Assembly: GCA_025782395.1 (NCBI GenBank)
Contig: JALGZD010000218.1
Span: 87,556-151,555 of the forward strand
Source: a bacterium
Lineage (GTDB): Bacteria; Joyebacterota; Joyebacteria; Joyebacterales; Joyebacteraceae
DNA: 64,000 nt
Direction: 5' to 3'
The notes beneath the pieces were generated by a model. That model ran no database searches and had not been told where the DNA came from. It saw only the letters and a list, made by a program, of their open reading frames with translations. The position numbers and the translations under genes were made by a program. Below, piece after piece: positions 62,501-64,000 of the stretch (position 1 is the stretch's first letter; each line of letters starts with the position of its first letter).

Positions 62501-63021
62501 AAATTGCCCTTCCCCATGATCTCCATGAGATCGATCACGGCGGCCCTGGCTCCATCCATGTCCCCGGCGAGAACTCGCTGGGCGGGTTCAGATGCGAGAC
62601 AGGCGCTCGTCGCGATGAGGCCTTCGTGGTATTCCCTGAGGAGCGCCTTGTCGATCCTCGGCTTGTAGTAGAAGCCGTCCACATAGCCGGTGCTTGAGAG
62701 ACGCATCAGATTCCTGTAGCCGTCCATGTTCTTGGCAAGCAGGATCAGATGGTTGTACTTCTGACGCACACGACCCTGCGGCCTCTCAGTGTGCGAGACA
62801 GGATCGAGATAGGCCTCCATTCCAATGATCGGCTTGATGCCTCGCTCCATCGCTGCAGTGTAGAACAGGATGGCCCCGAACATGCCGCCGTGGTCTGTGA
62901 TCGCCAGCGCGGGCATGCGGAACTCGTGCGCCTTCTCGACGAGCGCATCGATTTTCATGGCGCCGTCCAGAAGGCTGTATTCGGTGTGGTTGTGAATGTG
63001 TACAAAATCCGCGTGCCGCAT
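59542..63021 (-). CDS. dnaE: DNA polymerase III alpha subunit
   Basis: 1159 aa. PHP domain FVHIHNHTEYSLLDG. Polymerase core and OB-fold at the C-terminus. Confidence 0.95.
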   Translation of the reverse strand: MRHADFVHIHNHTEYSLLDGAMKIDALVEKAHEFRMPALAITDHGGMFGAILFYTAAMERGIKPIIGMEAYLDPVSHTERPQGRVRQKYNHLILLAKNMDGYRNLMRLSSTGYVDGFYYKPRIDKALLREYHEGLIATSACLASEPAQRVLAGDMDGARAAVIDLMEIMGKGNFYLEVQRHGLEEEERVIQGFKQLSQELGVPLVAANDCHYLRREDAAAHDVLLCIQTGKEIDDPNRMRMANDQFYFKSPEEMKEIFADLPEACSNTVEIAEKCNLSLEFGRVHMPRFPIPDGYQDAAAYLTALTREGIAERYETITPEIEDRVTTELEMIAGMGFSGYFLIVHDFIREARRRDIAVGPGRGSAAASIVSYALGITELDPLEFGLVFERFLNPARKSMPDFDIDFSYERRSEVIDYVTSKYGRDSVAQIITFGTMQARAVIRDVGRVLKFTYSEIDRIAKLIPRELNITLANAIARVPDLKALAVSDDRHVKLFEYAKTLEGLSRHASVHAAGVIIAPGRISDWAPLYKTNRDEITTQYAMKSLSKIGLLKFDFLGLRTLTVIDDAIEMMRENHGVTLTPQDIPLDDSATFELLAAAHTVGVFQVESSGMRDLLRKMKPERLEDMIAINALYRPGPLGSGMVDDYVKRKHGKQKVRFLHPNLEPVLGETYGVIAYQEQVMQVSSALAGFSMSQADVLLNAMRKKVTDVMDQQREEFIRGATAGGIKKKTAIAVFDQMAKFADYGFNKAHSASYAILAVRTAYLKAHYPAEYMAAAMTSEMGNTDRMVVLMNECKRMGIQVLPPDINQGHAGFLASARNDIQFGLGAVKNVGLPAIQSLVDARQKHGEFGDIFDLVGRVDLRLVNRRVLESLIAAGAMDGLHGHRAQQMAGIPAALELGQRLQRERDSGQTLLFGGGDDEAATVQPRKLPEAEPWSDSFSLSREKDVLGFYVTGHPLARYGRELDAFATASIEDLSEIDDGEEVRLGGIITQVKTTNDRKGQRMAFATIEDFTGSVEAIIFSGIYAKRQAEIRNEAAVIIDGKLSTREEQEPKIIVGEIVPLSSAMGRFVERIAIHLSTTGLEESLLHDVRAVLLRHPGRCRVDIVLETVDGRELKIEVGTIRVELSRELLNDLEPLVGQSSVELVGAAQRAGVPEPRF

Positions 63022-63022
63022 T

Positions 63023-63676
63023 CTATCTCTCGTCTCGATCTGCGTTCGGCTTTGTCTTCGGCTCTCTCTCCGGCGTCTCGTAGTTGGCGATTACCCAATC
63101 GGCCAGTTCGACCAGGTTGTCGCGCCCGCTCTTCGCGAACTCGTGTCGCATTTCGAAAACGGTCTCTTCCAGCATGCGCCCCCAGTCGGCGGCATCCAGA
63201 GAAAGCTCCACGAACGTCCGGCAGACGGGGCCTCCGACCCAACGATCCGGAAACCCGTCATAGGCGCGGCCGGTCTCGCAGTCCTCAAAGTAGACCCGGT
63301 CCAGACGCGCTGCTTCTATCAGGTGGCCCGCATAGGACTCAAGTCCCCGTTCTTTGAACTCCACTCTATCAATCGACGTCAGCTCTATACCGCTCCCTCT
63401 TATCGCTCCCGAGAAAACTCTTGTGAAGTCCGTCCGTGACTTCCTGGTGATCTGGGAAAAGACGTCCGCCCGTGCCAGCTCAACGCTCTCCGCCGGTCCG
63501 GCCGCCATCGAGCATCCGCCGACGTAGATGTCCCGTCCATCGGCTGTGGGGTGCACCATGCGGACCCACTCCGGCAGTGGCGACGCGCCACCCGACACCT
63601 GTGTCCCGTGGCCGGCACACCCAGGAAGTGCCACAGCCACAATGATTGCGATAAGAAGTGCAGCAACACGAGTCAT
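63023..63676 (-). CDS. lipoprotein, unknown function
   Basis: About 217 aa from the internal ATG (MTRVAALLIAIIVAVALPGCAG lipobox). The upstream 78 codons of the listed ORF are Arg/Gly-rich and probably non-coding. Confidence 0.45.
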   Translation of the reverse strand: MTRVAALLIAIIVAVALPGCAGHGTQVSGGASPLPEWVRMVHPTADGRDIYVGGCSMAAGPAESVELARADVFSQITRKSRTDFTRVFSGAIRGSGIELTSIDRVEFKERGLESYAGHLIEAARLDRVYFEDCETGRAYDGFPDRWVGGPVCRTFVELSLDAADWGRMLEETVFEMRHEFAKSGRDNLVELADWVIANYETPEREPKTKPNADRDER

Positions 63677-63745
63677 GGGGATCCCTCCTGGCCTGTGTGG
63701 TGTTCCCGATTGAGTGGCGTGCCCGTCAACCGGTCTCTCTCTGCT

Positions 63746-63809
63746 GCTCTGCCTGATCCGCCTGGCAGTATACCCCGCTCCTCTGCCTGATCCGCCTGGC
63801 AGTATACCC
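63746..63809. repeat. two tandem 30-bp direct repeats (34-bp period) CTCTGCCTGATCCGCCTGGCAGTATACCCC
   Basis: Exact copies at 63746-63775 and 63780-63809. Minus-strand reading of each contains TATACT. Located between the rRNA terminator and the lipoprotein gene. Confidence 0.8.
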
Positions 63810-63825
63810 CACCCGCGGACAAAGA

Positions 63826-63860
63826 AGAACCCCCTCTGCCTTTCGGCGAAGGGGGTTCGT
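63826..63860 (-). terminator. rho-independent terminator downstream of the 5S rRNA (minus strand)
   Basis: Minus-strand RNA GAACCCCCUUCGCCGAAAGGCAGAGGGGGUUC followed by UUCUUCUUUGU. Confidence 0.65.
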
Positions 63861-63865
63861 ACGTT

Positions 63866-64000
63866 CCGGCGGCGTCCTACTCTCCCGCAAGGTCGCCCGA
63901 GCAGTACCATCGGCGCTGGAGGGCTTAACTACTGTGTTCGAAATGGTAACAGGTGTGACCCCTCCGCCATTGCCACCGAAACAATTCGCGCCGCCATGAC
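63866..64000 (-). rRNA. rrf: 5S ribosomal RNA (3' part certain; 5' end at or near the window edge)
   Basis: Plus-strand text CCTACTCTCCCGC...ACCATCGGCGCT...GTTCGAAATGG...CAGGTG...CCACCG is the reverse complement of conserved 5S segments (CGCCGAUGGU, CCAUUUCGAAC, CACCUG). Helix I GGCGGCG/CGCCGCC closes at 63866-63874 and 63987-63995. Confidence 0.7.

Overview
This 64 kb window is high-GC, densely packed bacterial chromosome. I see no transposases, integrases or CRISPR arrays. About 50 of the 52 genes I can support are on the minus strand. The only plus-strand genes are a DUF3467 gene and an acidic secreted beta-rich protein gene.

From the left, on the minus strand:
- **Energy operon (1-8563):** succinyl-CoA synthetase (sucC, sucD), a four-subunit 2-oxoacid:ferredoxin oxidoreductase (delta, alpha, beta, gamma; Kor-type), ndk, and a NuoE-like, NuoF-like and partial NuoG-N-terminal/GltD-like flavoprotein set. 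That last set resembles Stn/Nfn/HydBC-type electron-bifurcating modules.
- **Cell envelope and housekeeping:** heptose genes (rfaE kinase and adenylyltransferase as separate genes), an LpxL-family lipid A acyltransferase, dprA, obg, glcD-like FAD-linked oxidase, pta, coaD and rsmD.
- **Regulation and competence:** a sigma-54 NtrC-type two-component pair and comEA.
- **Uptake-like module:** a putative TonB-dependent-receptor-like protein, a small polytopic membrane protein and a lipoprotein.
- **Histidine degradation:** hutU, hutI, glutamate formimidoyltransferase and a separate cyclodeaminase.
- **Overlapping-start operon:** hutU and hutI are chained by 4-8 bp start/stop overlaps to a DnaQ-exonuclease-fused DinG helicase and thiC.
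- **Replication and repair:** ligA, then further right dnaE, accA, ptsN and a CBS protein.
- **Right edge:** the 3' end of a 5S rRNA with its terminator.

The most unusual region is a roughly 16 kb run (40463-56762) of co-oriented secreted and outer-membrane genes:
- a C25 (gingipain-like) peptidase with a T9SS-type C-terminal sorting domain;
- a FadL/PorV/PorQ-like barrel;
- an M6-type zinc metalloprotease with FG-GAP repeats and a T9SS-type C-terminal domain;
- two paralogous secreted proteins of unknown function;
- an NHL-repeat protein;
- a 1137-aa beta-rich protein translationally coupled to a short Omp85/POTRA protein, so it is TamB/TamA-like or TpsA/TpsB-like. The last 39 bp of the Omp85 gene (its beta-signal and stop) are tandemly duplicated.

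Several short tandem repeat arrays sit in intergenic regions:
- a 22-bp palindromic unit x3.5 between obg and dprA;
- a ~35-bp hairpin unit x2 upstream of comEA;
- a 34-bp unit x2 between the rRNA terminator and a lipoprotein gene.

All functional calls come from motif recognition in the translations. No database searches were run.
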